A stretch of DNA of 64,000 bases from Alphaproteobacteria bacterium (GCA_046314385.1 JBKBWZ010000001.1:7955-71954), one strand, 5' to 3'. Shown: positions 15,845 to 25,348, counted from the first letter of the stretch. A program made the numbers and translations. Notes: generated by a model from the sequence alone, not told the origin.

Positions 15845-18640
15845 ATGCAATATAAAACGGCAATGCAAATGCCAGGGAATATCGAAAGCAAATTTGTGCA
15901 GGCGCGGCGTATGGTGCTGCTCAATTTCATTTTGTTTGTACTTTATGCGCTAACCGGAAAGCTGGGTTTGATGGTTGCTGCGGCCCCCAGCTATGCAACG
16001 GCGATCTGGCCGCCATCGGGCATCGCGCTGGGTATGTTGCTGCTCTATGGCTACCGTTTGTGGCCGGGTATTTTTCTGGGATCTTTTCTGCTGAATGCGG
16101 AAATTGGCGGTATTTTCGGCAATATTGATCTGATTTTTTCTGCCAAAACAGTGGTGATTTTTTTCATCGCTCTGGGCGCGGTGCTGCAGGCTGTCATCGG
16201 ACGTTTTTTATTGTCACGGTTTTTTACTTTTCCGCTGACGATCGAAAGGCCGCGCGATGCGCTGAGCTTTCTGCTGCTGTCTGCGCCGCTGGGCTGTTTG
16301 GTATCTGCCAGTATCTCGAATACGGCGCTTTATATGGGGGGTGTACAGAATTACGAGCAAAGCCTCTACAGCTGGCTGACATGGTGGATGGGGGACAGCT
16401 TTGGCGTTCTGGCTTTTATGCCGATTACGCTGATTGTGGCCAGTACGCTATGGCCGGCGGGGGCGCAGAACAAGCGCATTTTATATTCTTTGCCGGCGAC
16501 GGCGCTGCTGGCACTTTTTGTCTCGATCGTCATCACTTTTGCGGCATGGAAAGTGATGGTCGAAAGTATCTTTGAAAAAAACCACGCTTCTTTCGTCAGC
16601 CTTGCGGACGAACTTGAAAAGGCGCTGCTATACCGGATTGATTCCTACGAAAAAAGTCTTTTGGGCGGGGCGGGCTTTTTTGCGGGGTCCGAAGAGGTCA
16701 GCCGTGACGAATGGCGGCGTTACACCGAATGGGTGGATATAGAAAGAAATTATCCGGGCATGAGCGGTATCGGTCATATCGTTCCCGTGGCAAAAAAAGA
16801 CCTGCAAAATTATATTCGTGCACAGCGCGAAGAGGGCTTCCCTGATTTCGATGTGCATCCGGACAAGGAATCCGAAGAAAATTTTATTATCACCTATGTC
16901 GAGCCGTATGAAAAAAATCGGCAGGCCGTAGGGCTGAATATCGCTTTTGAAAAAAACCGCTACGATGCGGCAACGCTTGCGCGCGACAGCGGGCGTACGG
17001 CGATTACCCGCCGCATCCAGCTGGTGCAGGCAGAACAGAAAACGCCGGGTTTCCTTTTGCTTTATCCGCTTTACAAGCGCGGCGCACCGGTACAGACCGA
17101 AGCCGAGCGGCGGCAGGCTTTTGAAGGGTGGATATATGCGCCGTTTATTGCGCGCAAGTTCATGACCGGCCTGGTCAACAGCCGTGATCATGAAACGGAA
17201 ATATATCTGGATGTATACGACGGCGACACAGCCGACCCGCGGTATCTGATTTACAGCAGCCGCGGGCTGACGGCGGAAACGCTGCAAGCGGGCGGCGAAA
17301 AGTCGCTGTTTATGATCCGCAAGGTGCTGGACGTCAAGCAGCAGCAATGGACGGTTGTCTGGCAAAGCGCGCCTGCGCTTGAAAACCGCATGCACAGTAA
17401 CGGGCCGCTGGTGATTTTGTTTGCCGGCATGACTTTTACATCCCTGCTGGCGATGTTTTTGATCGTGATGTCCAGACGCACAGAGCTGGTGCAGCAAGAA
17501 GTAGACCGCAAAACGCACGAAATCGGCGCAAGCGAAGAAAAAATGCGCATGCTCATCCGCCATACGCCGGCGGCCGTGGCGATGTTTGACAGGCAAATGC
17601 GATATATCATGACCAGTGAGCGCTGGCTGAAAGACTATGTCCTGCGCGAACAGGATATTATCGGGCGGTCACATTATGAGATTTTTCCTGAAATTCTGAA
17701 TATGCCGGAATGGCTCGACCATCATCAACGTTGCATGAAAGGTGAAAGCCTCTCGCGTGAGGAAGATGCCTGGGTTCGCCCCGACGGGCGCACGGAATGG
17801 GTGCGCTGGGAATTGCGCCCCTGGCGTGATGGCGACGGCTATATCGGCGGCATCATCATGTTTACCGAGGTGATAACAGAACAAAAACGCGCACGGTCGG
17901 AACTGCTGCGATCAAATACCGCGCTCGAAGAATTTGCCTATGTCGTTTCTCACGATCTCAAGGCGCCCGTGCGGCATATGGGCATGTGTGCCGAATTTTT
18001 GCAGGAAACCTATGGCGATAAATTTGATGATGAGGGGAAACGCTTTCTGGGCATTATTACCGACAGCAGTCTGAAGATGCGCGGGATGATTGAAAGCCTG
18101 CTCGATTATGCCCGCATTGGAACAAACGCCGAAGATTTCCGTGATATCGATCTTGAAAAAGCACTGGAATCCGCACGGCTGAATGTGACGGCGCTGATCG
18201 CGGAAACAGGCGCCGATATCCAGAGCGGACGTCTGCCTACCGTGCGCGGTATCGAGGGGGAGCTTGCCCGTGTCTTCCAGAACCTGCTTGAAAACGCGAT
18301 CAAGTACCGTAAAGAGACCGTGTCGCCCAAAATCAGGATCGACGCGGAGCGCAGCGGCAGCGTCTGGAAAATAACGGTGACAGACAACGGCATCGGTATT
18401 GATCCGCGCTTTGCCGATAAAGTCTTTTTGCTGTTCCAGCGGCTGCATGGCGACGAGAGTATTTATGCAGGGCAAGGGATCGGCCTTGCCATTTGCCAGC
18501 GTATTATCCGCTATCATGGCGGCCAGATTTATCTTGACCGTGATTATACAGACGGCAGCCGTTTTGTGTTTACGCTACCGGATTATATAGAAACCAAAAG
18601 TTCATTTGACGGAGACAGCCATGCAGCCAAAAGCGAATAA
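15845..18640 (+). CDS. sensor histidine kinase, MASE1-CHASE-PAS-HisKA-HATPase architecture
   Basis: The ORF opens at 15818 (GTG); ATG 15845 is preferred. It has an N-terminal polytopic MASE1-like region and a periplasmic CHASE-like block (ERNYPGMSGIGHIVPV). PAS is RHTPAAVAMFDRQMRYI and the H-box is FAYVVSHDLKAPVRH. The G-boxes are DNGIGI and GQGIGLAI. Confidence 0.85.
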   Translation: MQYKTAMQMPGNIESKFVQARRMVLLNFILFVLYALTGKLGLMVAAAPSYATAIWPPSGIALGMLLLYGYRLWPGIFLGSFLLNAEIGGIFGNIDLIFSAKTVVIFFIALGAVLQAVIGRFLLSRFFTFPLTIERPRDALSFLLLSAPLGCLVSASISNTALYMGGVQNYEQSLYSWLTWWMGDSFGVLAFMPITLIVASTLWPAGAQNKRILYSLPATALLALFVSIVITFAAWKVMVESIFEKNHASFVSLADELEKALLYRIDSYEKSLLGGAGFFAGSEEVSRDEWRRYTEWVDIERNYPGMSGIGHIVPVAKKDLQNYIRAQREEGFPDFDVHPDKESEENFIITYVEPYEKNRQAVGLNIAFEKNRYDAATLARDSGRTAITRRIQLVQAEQKTPGFLLLYPLYKRGAPVQTEAERRQAFEGWIYAPFIARKFMTGLVNSRDHETEIYLDVYDGDTADPRYLIYSSRGLTAETLQAGGEKSLFMIRKVLDVKQQQWTVVWQSAPALENRMHSNGPLVILFAGMTFTSLLAMFLIVMSRRTELVQQEVDRKTHEIGASEEKMRMLIRHTPAAVAMFDRQMRYIMTSERWLKDYVLREQDIIGRSHYEIFPEILNMPEWLDHHQRCMKGESLSREEDAWVRPDGRTEWVRWELRPWRDGDGYIGGIIMFTEVITEQKRARSELLRSNTALEEFAYVVSHDLKAPVRHMGMCAEFLQETYGDKFDDEGKRFLGIITDSSLKMRGMIESLLDYARIGTNAEDFRDIDLEKALESARLNVTALIAETGADIQSGRLPTVRGIEGELARVFQNLLENAIKYRKETVSPKIRIDAERSGSVWKITVTDNGIGIDPRFADKVFLLFQRLHGDESIYAGQGIGLAICQRIIRYHGGQIYLDRDYTDGSRFVFTLPDYIETKSSFDGDSHAAKSE

Positions 18641-19067
18641 AGAACCGTTTGTTATTTTGATTGCGGAAGACGAGAAGACGGATGCTTTTTTTGTGCAGGA
18701 AGCGGTCAACCGGATGAGCTGCAAGACAGATCTGCGCATCGTGCGCGACGGACAGGCTGTGATGGATTTTCTGGCGCGGCAGGGCGAGCATGCAGAAGCG
18801 CCGCGGCCCGATATTATTTTGCTGGATATCAACATGCCGCGTAAAAACGGGCATGAAGTTCTTGCCGAAATAAAGGCAAATGCCGATTTGCGGTCTATTC
18901 CCGTGATTATGCTGTCCGGATCAAATGCAGAGCGGGATATTCTCAGAAGCTACGAGAACCATGCAAATGCGTTTGTGACCAAGGCAAATGATTTTTCAGG
19001 CATGGTCCGGCTGATGGCGGCGATCGAGGGTTTCTGGTTCCGTACATCGACGCTGCGGCAGCAATAA
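18621..19067 (+). CDS. single-domain response regulator (receiver)
   Basis: LIAEDEKTD, ILLDINMPRKNG and a conserved K in FVTKA. A GGAGA RBS precedes ATG 18621. The gene overlaps the kinase 3' end. Confidence 0.85.
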   Translation: MQPKANKEPFVILIAEDEKTDAFFVQEAVNRMSCKTDLRIVRDGQAVMDFLARQGEHAEAPRPDIILLDINMPRKNGHEVLAEIKANADLRSIPVIMLSGSNAERDILRSYENHANAFVTKANDFSGMVRLMAAIEGFWFRTSTLRQQ

Positions 19068-19080
19068 ACGCTGCGCGCGG

Positions 19081-19488
19081 TTAAAGGCAGGCTGCTGTCA
19101 GCGCTTCGCCCAGAATCATATCGTTGAGATCACCCTTGGAGAGAACTTTCTGTGCGCCGGCTTTTAAAGCCTCTTCGACGGTGATCGGCGAGGCAAAACC
19201 GGTCAGTACAATAATCGGTGTGGTCTTTTCGGTTTTGCGGATATCGCTGATCGAACTGGGGCCGACAGAATCGGGCAGATTAAGATCAAGCAGAATACAG
19301 CTATAGCGCTTTTCCCGTAGTTTGCTGATCGCTTGTGCGGTTGTCTTGGCGACATCCAGCGTGGCATGCGGCGCGCAGCGCGACAGTTTTTTGCGGGTCA
19401 TTTCGATATCGACAAATTCGTCCTCGACGATCAGGATCTCGAGCGCATCGGAAATGTTCGCGGGGTGGTTCATCATGGCATGCCTCAT
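19081..19488 (-). CDS. single-domain response regulator (receiver)
   Basis: LIVEDEFVD, ILLDLNLPD and LSKGD. It converges on the plus-strand receiver gene with a 13-nt gap. Confidence 0.85.
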   Translation of the reverse strand: MRHAMMNHPANISDALEILIVEDEFVDIEMTRKKLSRCAPHATLDVAKTTAQAISKLREKRYSCILLDLNLPDSVGPSSISDIRKTEKTTPIIVLTGFASPITVEEALKAGAQKVLSKGDLNDMILGEALTAACL

Positions 19489-19608
19489 ATCATCCGTCCT
19501 GTTTGTCTTTATGCGCTTGCCGCCACGCGGCGGACAGGGGGCAATTTGTGTTAAGTTTATCCGTTTTTGCCCGCTTTGTCGAGCGGCCGCGGCACGGCTT
19601 TTTTGTGC

Positions 19609-21390
19609 CTATCTTTTGAGCGTGCGAAGGGCCGTTTTGCGCGGCGCTTGTGGTGTGCTGGCGGCAATATGCTTTTCAATCATTTCCAGCATGTCGCTGT
19701 ATTCTGTTCCGGTGCCGAATTTTTCGGTCAGCTCCCTTGCGCAGTCCAACGCCGATCCTTTGTGTTTTTCTTCTCTAACGTCTCCGTCACTGCGGTGCCA
19801 TTTTTTGTTGTAGGTAAAAACGCGCAGCGGATCGAATCCGTTTTCCAGCAATATTTTCAGTCCTTCTTTTTCGCGCAGGTGCAGGCAGTAATGTGCCGCG
19901 CTTTCCCCGGCTTCATCGGTGCCATGCGGGTCAGCGCCGTTTTTGAGCAGCAGTTGCGCCAGATCATTCGCGCGGTAGCGAATGCTGAAATGGATCAGGC
20001 TCTCACCGATATTGGGGCCGTTCAGGTTGGTATGTGCTTTGTCATTTGGATCCGCGCCATGATCCAAAAGCTGCTCCGCCACGGCCGCGTTGTCCGAGCT
20101 TGGCGAGTTGACGAGCTGGAAGAGGGGCGGGTTCAGTCTGGCTTGCGTATCGGGCTTTGTAATATCTGCGCCGCCGCGCAGGAACGTGCGCAGCAATTCC
20201 GGGTCGCGCGTATCAACAGCGTGCATAACGGGCGTGAGACCGTCTGCATTCCGCAGGTTTATATTTGCGCCGTACTCCAGAAGCATTTTGACCAGCGCCG
20301 CGTTGTTTCGCCGTGCCGCGGCAAAATGAAGTGGGGTTTCGCCGTTCTTTTTGCAAGGCGCATTGATATGCGCGGGCGGACAGTCTTCCAAGATACTTTC
20401 GGCGATATAAAGCCGGCCGTTCATGCAGGCGTAATGCAAAGGGCGCAGACCATTATCCGGCGCGGTTTCGCGCAGAATGTCACCGCCTGCCTGCCGCAGT
20501 GCATCGAAAACGTTATCTTTCCCCATAATAGCCGCCCAATGCATGGCGGTGCGGCCTTCTTTGTCAGGCGCATTCGGGTCGGCGCCGTGCTTGATCAGGG
20601 CGTGAATATAGTTTTCGTGGCAATTTTGATAGTTAATCGCATAGACCAGCAAAGGTTGGCCGTCTTTCAGTGTCTGGTTCGGGTCGGGCAGTGCTGCCGT
20701 TTCTTCTCTGGCGCCGTGTGCGCGCAGCCTGTCTGCCATATATTTCCAGTTGAGCGCTTTGGCGGCGGCAAGCGGATAAAGGCCGTAATCATCAGGCTTG
20801 TTTGGATCCGCGCCGTTCTTGAGCATGGTTTCGATACCGGCAGGATCGGCGCCTTGCAGCACAGCGCAGAGCAGGCGCGGGGCACCGGTTTTGCGGTCAA
20901 GTACTTCGTCGTGATCCGGATTTTCAGGGTCAATCCAGGCACCGCGAAGGGCCAGTTCGACCGCCGCATGCGGCCAGCCGCGCTTCACAACGGCAGCAAG
21001 GGGTGTTTCATCATTTTTGTTTTTAAGATTGAGATCGGCGTTATTGGCGATGATCTCATAGACAGGTCTGAACCATGTCGCATATTTGAGCATATAGGTC
21101 AGTGCCGTTTCGCGCTCGGAACGGTCGGTCTGTACGCTCAGAAGCGGTCTGCCATTCGGATCGCCCTTATACGCGGGTGGCGCCGCGCCATAAGCCAGCA
21201 GCATATCCGCGCCTTTCCACCAGTCGCGCTCGATCGCGGCCTGCATCGGCGTCATGCCGGCGTCATCCGGCATGTTTGGATCGGCACCGGCCTTCAGCGC
21301 AGCATAAAGCGCTTGCAAGGTCATACCGTCTTCTATTTGAACGGCGAGGTTCTGGTGCGCGGCGACGGACGGGGCGGTACGGCGGGGCAT
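19609..21390 (-). CDS. ankyrin-repeat protein
   Basis: 593 aa with many tandem ANK repeats (e.g. GETPLHFAAARRNNAALVKMLLEYGANINLRNADGLTPVMHAV, and recurrent GADPN). No signal peptide is evident. Confidence 0.9.
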   Translation of the reverse strand: MPRRTAPSVAAHQNLAVQIEDGMTLQALYAALKAGADPNMPDDAGMTPMQAAIERDWWKGADMLLAYGAAPPAYKGDPNGRPLLSVQTDRSERETALTYMLKYATWFRPVYEIIANNADLNLKNKNDETPLAAVVKRGWPHAAVELALRGAWIDPENPDHDEVLDRKTGAPRLLCAVLQGADPAGIETMLKNGADPNKPDDYGLYPLAAAKALNWKYMADRLRAHGAREETAALPDPNQTLKDGQPLLVYAINYQNCHENYIHALIKHGADPNAPDKEGRTAMHWAAIMGKDNVFDALRQAGGDILRETAPDNGLRPLHYACMNGRLYIAESILEDCPPAHINAPCKKNGETPLHFAAARRNNAALVKMLLEYGANINLRNADGLTPVMHAVDTRDPELLRTFLRGGADITKPDTQARLNPPLFQLVNSPSSDNAAVAEQLLDHGADPNDKAHTNLNGPNIGESLIHFSIRYRANDLAQLLLKNGADPHGTDEAGESAAHYCLHLREKEGLKILLENGFDPLRVFTYNKKWHRSDGDVREEKHKGSALDCARELTEKFGTGTEYSDMLEMIEKHIAASTPQAPRKTALRTLKR

Positions 21391-21450
21391 GAATGAATAC
21401 TCGGTTTTAAACAGGGTAATATCGATAATGAGGACATGTTAAACAGTTCT

Positions 21451-21479
21451 GAAAAATAAAACAACCCCCGACGCGGGGG
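21451..21479 (-). terminator. rho-independent terminator after the Hpt-kinase operon
   Basis: Hairpin CCCCCG-ACG-CGGGGG (21465-21479). On the minus strand it is followed by TTGTTTTATTTTT. Confidence 0.6.
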
Positions 21480-21512
21480 ATGAAAAACGTTATATAACAA
21501 TTAGATGATTGA

Positions 21513-23210
21513 TTAAGCCGGCACGGGGCGCGTCAGGACAGGCAAGTCAAGCCGCAGGCAAAGCCCTGCGCCCGGGCTGGATTCTGCCGACAGGCGGCCT
21601 TCCAGATTTTCGACCGCACGGCGCAGTGCGCCCAGCCCGACGCCGCGGCCGCTTTGCTCGGTCACTCTATCGCTGATCGTCATGTCGTCATCGAAAATGG
21701 TTTGCAGGATGTCATCCGCACTCATCGCGCTGAGCGCCTGTTTGTCCGCACCTTCTTTTTGCAGCAGCTGTGCCCGCAGCCGTTCGGTATCCACGCCGCA
21801 GCCATCATCGCTGATCGTCAGGATCAGGCGTGCCGGATTGTCGGGCGCGGGTGTGATCGTTATTTTGACCTGAAGCGCCGGCGGCTTGCCGGCGGCTGTA
21901 CGCATTTCGGGCGGGTCGGCGGCATGCACGGCAATGTTCTTGGCGATATGTACAAGTGTGTCGATCAGGGACTGATAGCGCGCAGGCAGAATGCGCAGGT
22001 TTTTGTCGACATCAACATCTATGCCCACTTCGCGGTTTTCGCGTTCGGCAAAATAGGTGATCTGGCTTTCAAGGCTGGCGACCAGATAACGCGCAGGTAC
22101 GGCGGCCAGATGATGCCAGAAATGATGCGCAAGATCAGCAGACGCCGCGCTGCTTTCGATCTGCCGTCCGATATGATAGAGCGTATCCAGCGGGACACTC
22201 GTCGTCATTTCGGCAATGTCAAAATCATGCCCCCATATTTCGCGCGCGGCAGAAAGACTATCTTCGATTGCGGCGGCCAGCGCGGCGGCAGCGGCGGCCT
22301 GTTCGTCCGGCGGCAGCTTTGTGCTTGCGGGTAGTGGCGCCAGACGGCTTTCCAGATCGTGCAGCGTGATGGCTGTGCCGTCCAGATAAAAGAAACGCGC
22401 ATTGCCCTTTAACGTATGCAGATCGTGGCGCAGGGCGGCGGGCGTGCTTTCCGGCAGCAGGGCGGCCAGCCCTTTAAGGCTGTCGATAAATCGCCTGAAC
22501 CCCTGACGTTCACGCACAAGACGTAAAATCCGCATGGCACGTATTTCCTGTGCATGGATGGCATCCTGCACCGCGATTTCACGCGTCACATCGGAAGCGA
22601 TAACCAGAATGGCGCGTATATCGTCGGCATTTTTATACATCGTCCTGTAGGACAGGGCGATTTTCCGTCCCTGACTGTGTGGATACCATGGCGGCGCAAG
22701 GGTGATCAGATCTTCAAAGGACATCGCCGTGCGGGCAGGATCAAAAACAATTTCCATCAGCGCTTGCAGGCGGGCTTCGGCCTGTTTGTCAAGCTTCAGG
22801 ACCTCGCTGATCGGTTTGCCGACCGGATTGCCTTCCAGCAGTGTCAGACACGCCCGCGAATAAACGCTGCCGCACAGGCCGGCTGAATCGAAAAAGAAAA
22901 GCCCCTGACCGAGACTTTCCAGCATCGCGTTGATGGTCAGGTTCAGGCGTTCCAGTTCAATATTCGCGTCGTTCAGCTCGTTAGAGCTGATCTCGATATT
23001 GCGTAGGGCAACCTTCATGCGGTCTTCGTATTGCTCGTGCACTTCATCAAGGTTGTGCAGAAACACAGGGAAATGTGACAGAAGCTCTGATACTTCGGCA
23101 TCAGCGACCGTGCCGGGTTTTAACGCGGCGACCATCTGCAGCGCGGTCTCGATTTCGGCGGTACCGAAGCTGCGTTTGAACAGGCGTGCAAAACGCTTGG
23201 AATAGGTCAC
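21513..23210 (-). CDS. CheA-like histidine kinase lacking P2/P5 (coiled-coil/PAS-like N-terminus, Hpt domain, HATPase_c)
   Basis: 565 aa. The Hpt phosphorylation motif is RHDLHTLKGNARF. ATP-binding boxes are ISDDGCGVD and GRGVGLGALR. There is no HisKA H-box and no CheW-like C-terminal domain. Confidence 0.8.
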   Translation of the reverse strand: MTYSKRFARLFKRSFGTAEIETALQMVAALKPGTVADAEVSELLSHFPVFLHNLDEVHEQYEDRMKVALRNIEISSNELNDANIELERLNLTINAMLESLGQGLFFFDSAGLCGSVYSRACLTLLEGNPVGKPISEVLKLDKQAEARLQALMEIVFDPARTAMSFEDLITLAPPWYPHSQGRKIALSYRTMYKNADDIRAILVIASDVTREIAVQDAIHAQEIRAMRILRLVRERQGFRRFIDSLKGLAALLPESTPAALRHDLHTLKGNARFFYLDGTAITLHDLESRLAPLPASTKLPPDEQAAAAAALAAAIEDSLSAAREIWGHDFDIAEMTTSVPLDTLYHIGRQIESSAASADLAHHFWHHLAAVPARYLVASLESQITYFAERENREVGIDVDVDKNLRILPARYQSLIDTLVHIAKNIAVHAADPPEMRTAAGKPPALQVKITITPAPDNPARLILTISDDGCGVDTERLRAQLLQKEGADKQALSAMSADDILQTIFDDDMTISDRVTEQSGRGVGLGALRRAVENLEGRLSAESSPGAGLCLRLDLPVLTRPVPA

Positions 23211-24370
23211 CGTCCGCTGCCCCCCGCTGCCCCCGTTTTTTCGCTAAAAGTGGTGATGGTCATGGTTTGGTTATGCAGCTCCGGCCGCTGGGTGCTGCCA
23301 AAAGGCGATACTTCGCCATAGGAATAAAACCCTGCATAGGCGGAGGCGCCCAGCTGCGCGGTCACAGCCTCGACTTCTTCGTCAATATCATGCCCCATGA
23401 CAAGACGCCGGCCGACACAGCTGACCATCAATGTTGCAGCGGGTGAGGGGGCGGCTTTGCCTGCTTCCTGTGCGGCGCCTTCGGCACCTTCGACCAAAGC
23501 ATCGATATCGGCATGCATCAGGCGCACAAGACTGTTTTGCGTCAGATTTCCGGCAAGAATGATGCTGTTCTCTGCCTCGTTGATATCAAGAATGGTGCGG
23601 ATCAGGCCTGTTTCCGTGCGATGCTGTGCATCGACAATAGAAAGCGGATACAAGAGCCCGCTGGAAGGAAGCTCGGCGGCTTTGTCACCAAGATAGGTTT
23701 TGTAAAGCTCCAGTGCCGGTTTGCCATCCAGCTCGTAGAGGATGTTATTAACGGCGCGCGTCACGGTGCGGATAGGTCCAAAGGGTTTCCATCCTCCTTG
23801 CGAACCGCTGCCCACAGAAATATTGTCGCCATAAAGCCCGAAGGCCACGGCACAGTCGTTCGTGACTTTTCCGTCAAGCAGGGTCAGCGTATCTTTAAAA
23901 GACGTACCATCACCGGCCAGGCCGCCGGTGATGACTGTGCCCGCCGGTGCGCCATCAGCCAGGCCTGCGGCAAAGGCACTGCCGTTGATACCCAGACCGG
24001 GCGACAAGGCAAAAATACTTTTTAATCCCGGTGTCGTGGCCAGTTGCATGGCGATGCTTTGACCGGACATATAAGAGCCGTTGTCGCCGGCAACGCAGGC
24101 ACTCGAGACACGCAAGCCGGTATTTTCAAAATGGATCGCCAGCAGCGTGATTTTGCCAACCGACGCGCCGCCGCCAAAAATCTCGCCGGCGCTCGAACAT
24201 CCGATCATATGAAAGTCGTCACGCGCGGCGGGAAACAGCGCCATCTGTGCGGCATCTTCCAAAAACCGTTTGTCGGCAAAGGCGATCAACAGCTGCGGAT
24301 TAATTTTGAGAAGGGTTTCAAGCGCGGCGGGAAGGCCGGCTGCATCTGTATTGAGTGACAGGCTTTTCAC
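23207..24370 (-). CDS. FIST (FIST_N + FIST_C) sensory domain protein
   Basis: 387 aa. It has MIGCSSAGEI and the C-terminal GFYSYGEVSPF typical of FIST_C. It overlaps the kinase gene by 4 nt. Confidence 0.8.
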   Translation of the reverse strand: MKSLSLNTDAAGLPAALETLLKINPQLLIAFADKRFLEDAAQMALFPAARDDFHMIGCSSAGEIFGGGASVGKITLLAIHFENTGLRVSSACVAGDNGSYMSGQSIAMQLATTPGLKSIFALSPGLGINGSAFAAGLADGAPAGTVITGGLAGDGTSFKDTLTLLDGKVTNDCAVAFGLYGDNISVGSGSQGGWKPFGPIRTVTRAVNNILYELDGKPALELYKTYLGDKAAELPSSGLLYPLSIVDAQHRTETGLIRTILDINEAENSIILAGNLTQNSLVRLMHADIDALVEGAEGAAQEAGKAAPSPAATLMVSCVGRRLVMGHDIDEEVEAVTAQLGASAYAGFYSYGEVSPFGSTQRPELHNQTMTITTFSEKTGAAGGSGR

Positions 24371-24408
24371 GGGTTTATCATCCCTGTTTTATAAAAAACT
24401 GCGGCGAA

Positions 24409-24903
24409 TTATGCGGAGAAATCTTTGAGGTTGACGCGAACGACGATGCCCAGCGGCTTGGGCGTACCGCCATTGTCATACTGGAAAGAAACATCGACAG
24501 AGGGAATGCCCGAAGTCGGGGCGGGTGCTTCGGCTTCGCTCACCATGCGCAGGCTGTGGCCGCTGCCATTAAGATAGGCTTTGATACCGCCCGCAACAAT
24601 ATTGGCGATTTCAGCAGCCATATCGGCGTACATTTCGGGGCTGTTCTGCATATCTTCGGGGTATAGTTTTGCGCCCGCCAGTGACAGCAGGCGGTGATCA
24701 AAATCCAGCACGACATCAACGCTGACGGCATCGCTTTCGCGCAGCAGAACATGGCTTCTGACAGGGGTTTCCATCGGCAGTACGGGGCGCCCGGCCGCGG
24801 GCTGTACGGGCCAGCCAAACATGCCTTCAAAAGTGTCGCGCATGGTTTTGCCGACGACATTCTGCATTTCTTCTTTCATCTTTTCATCTTCCCCGTTTGT
24901 CAT
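24409..24903 (-). CDS. CheX-like chemotaxis phosphatase family protein
   Basis: 164 aa. It has the ExxN active-site-type motif AAEIANIVAGG and the N-terminal TMRDTFEGMFG block, as in the CheX/CheC fold. Confidence 0.6.
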   Translation of the reverse strand: MTNGEDEKMKEEMQNVVGKTMRDTFEGMFGWPVQPAAGRPVLPMETPVRSHVLLRESDAVSVDVVLDFDHRLLSLAGAKLYPEDMQNSPEMYADMAAEIANIVAGGIKAYLNGSGHSLRMVSEAEAPAPTSGIPSVDVSFQYDNGGTPKPLGIVVRVNLKDFSA

Positions 24904-24907
24904 TTGC

Positions 24908-25348
24908 CTAGGCAGGTACTCCCTGCTTTTTTTCGGGCGCGATATTGCGCACGCGGGCCAGCCAGCCCACCACTTTTACAAGGTTCTTGTCGAATGTCTC
25001 GCGTGCGACAGGTTTGACGATATAGGCGGTGGCACCGGCTTTTAGCGCTTCGATCACGTGCCGCTCTTCGCTTTCGGCCGTGACCATGACGATGGCCATT
25101 TTGTCATACTCGCGGCTTTCGCGGAGTTCCTGCATCTGGGCATAGCCGGATTTTCCCGGCAGGTTCCAGTCAAAAAAGACAATGTCGTATTTGTGAAATT
25201 CAAGTTTGTGCAGCGCCTCGTCGCAGTTTGCGGCGATATCAATATTTTGAAAGCCGTTTTCACGCAAAAAACTTTCAATCAGGCGGCGGATAACCATGTG
25301 GTCATCCACGACAAGCACCCTGATATCCTCAACGTCCAGATCAAACAC
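24908..25348 (-). CDS. CheY-like single-domain response regulator
   Basis: 146 aa. Motifs: VLVVDDH, FFDWNLPGKSG, MVTAE and YIVKP. Confidence 0.9.
   Translation of the reverse strand: MFDLDVEDIRVLVVDDHMVIRRLIESFLRENGFQNIDIAANCDEALHKLEFHKYDIVFFDWNLPGKSGYAQMQELRESREYDKMAIVMVTAESEERHVIEALKAGATAYIVKPVARETFDKNLVKVVGWLARVRNIAPEKKQGVPA

Noticed and set aside
19585-19606. Plus-strand hairpin GCCG-CGGCA-CGGC followed by a T6 run, just after the ankyrin stop.
   Set aside because: The stem is only 4 bp, and it is oriented for the plus strand, where no gene ends nearby. On the minus strand the U-tract is on the wrong side.
19567-21396. A 609-aa plus-strand ORF spans the whole ankyrin gene in antisense.
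   Set aside because: Its translation is low-complexity (Arg/Ala/Val/Phe-rich) with no motif, while the minus-strand frame gives textbook ANK repeats. Stop-free antisense frames are an expected by-product of codon bias in GC-rich genes.
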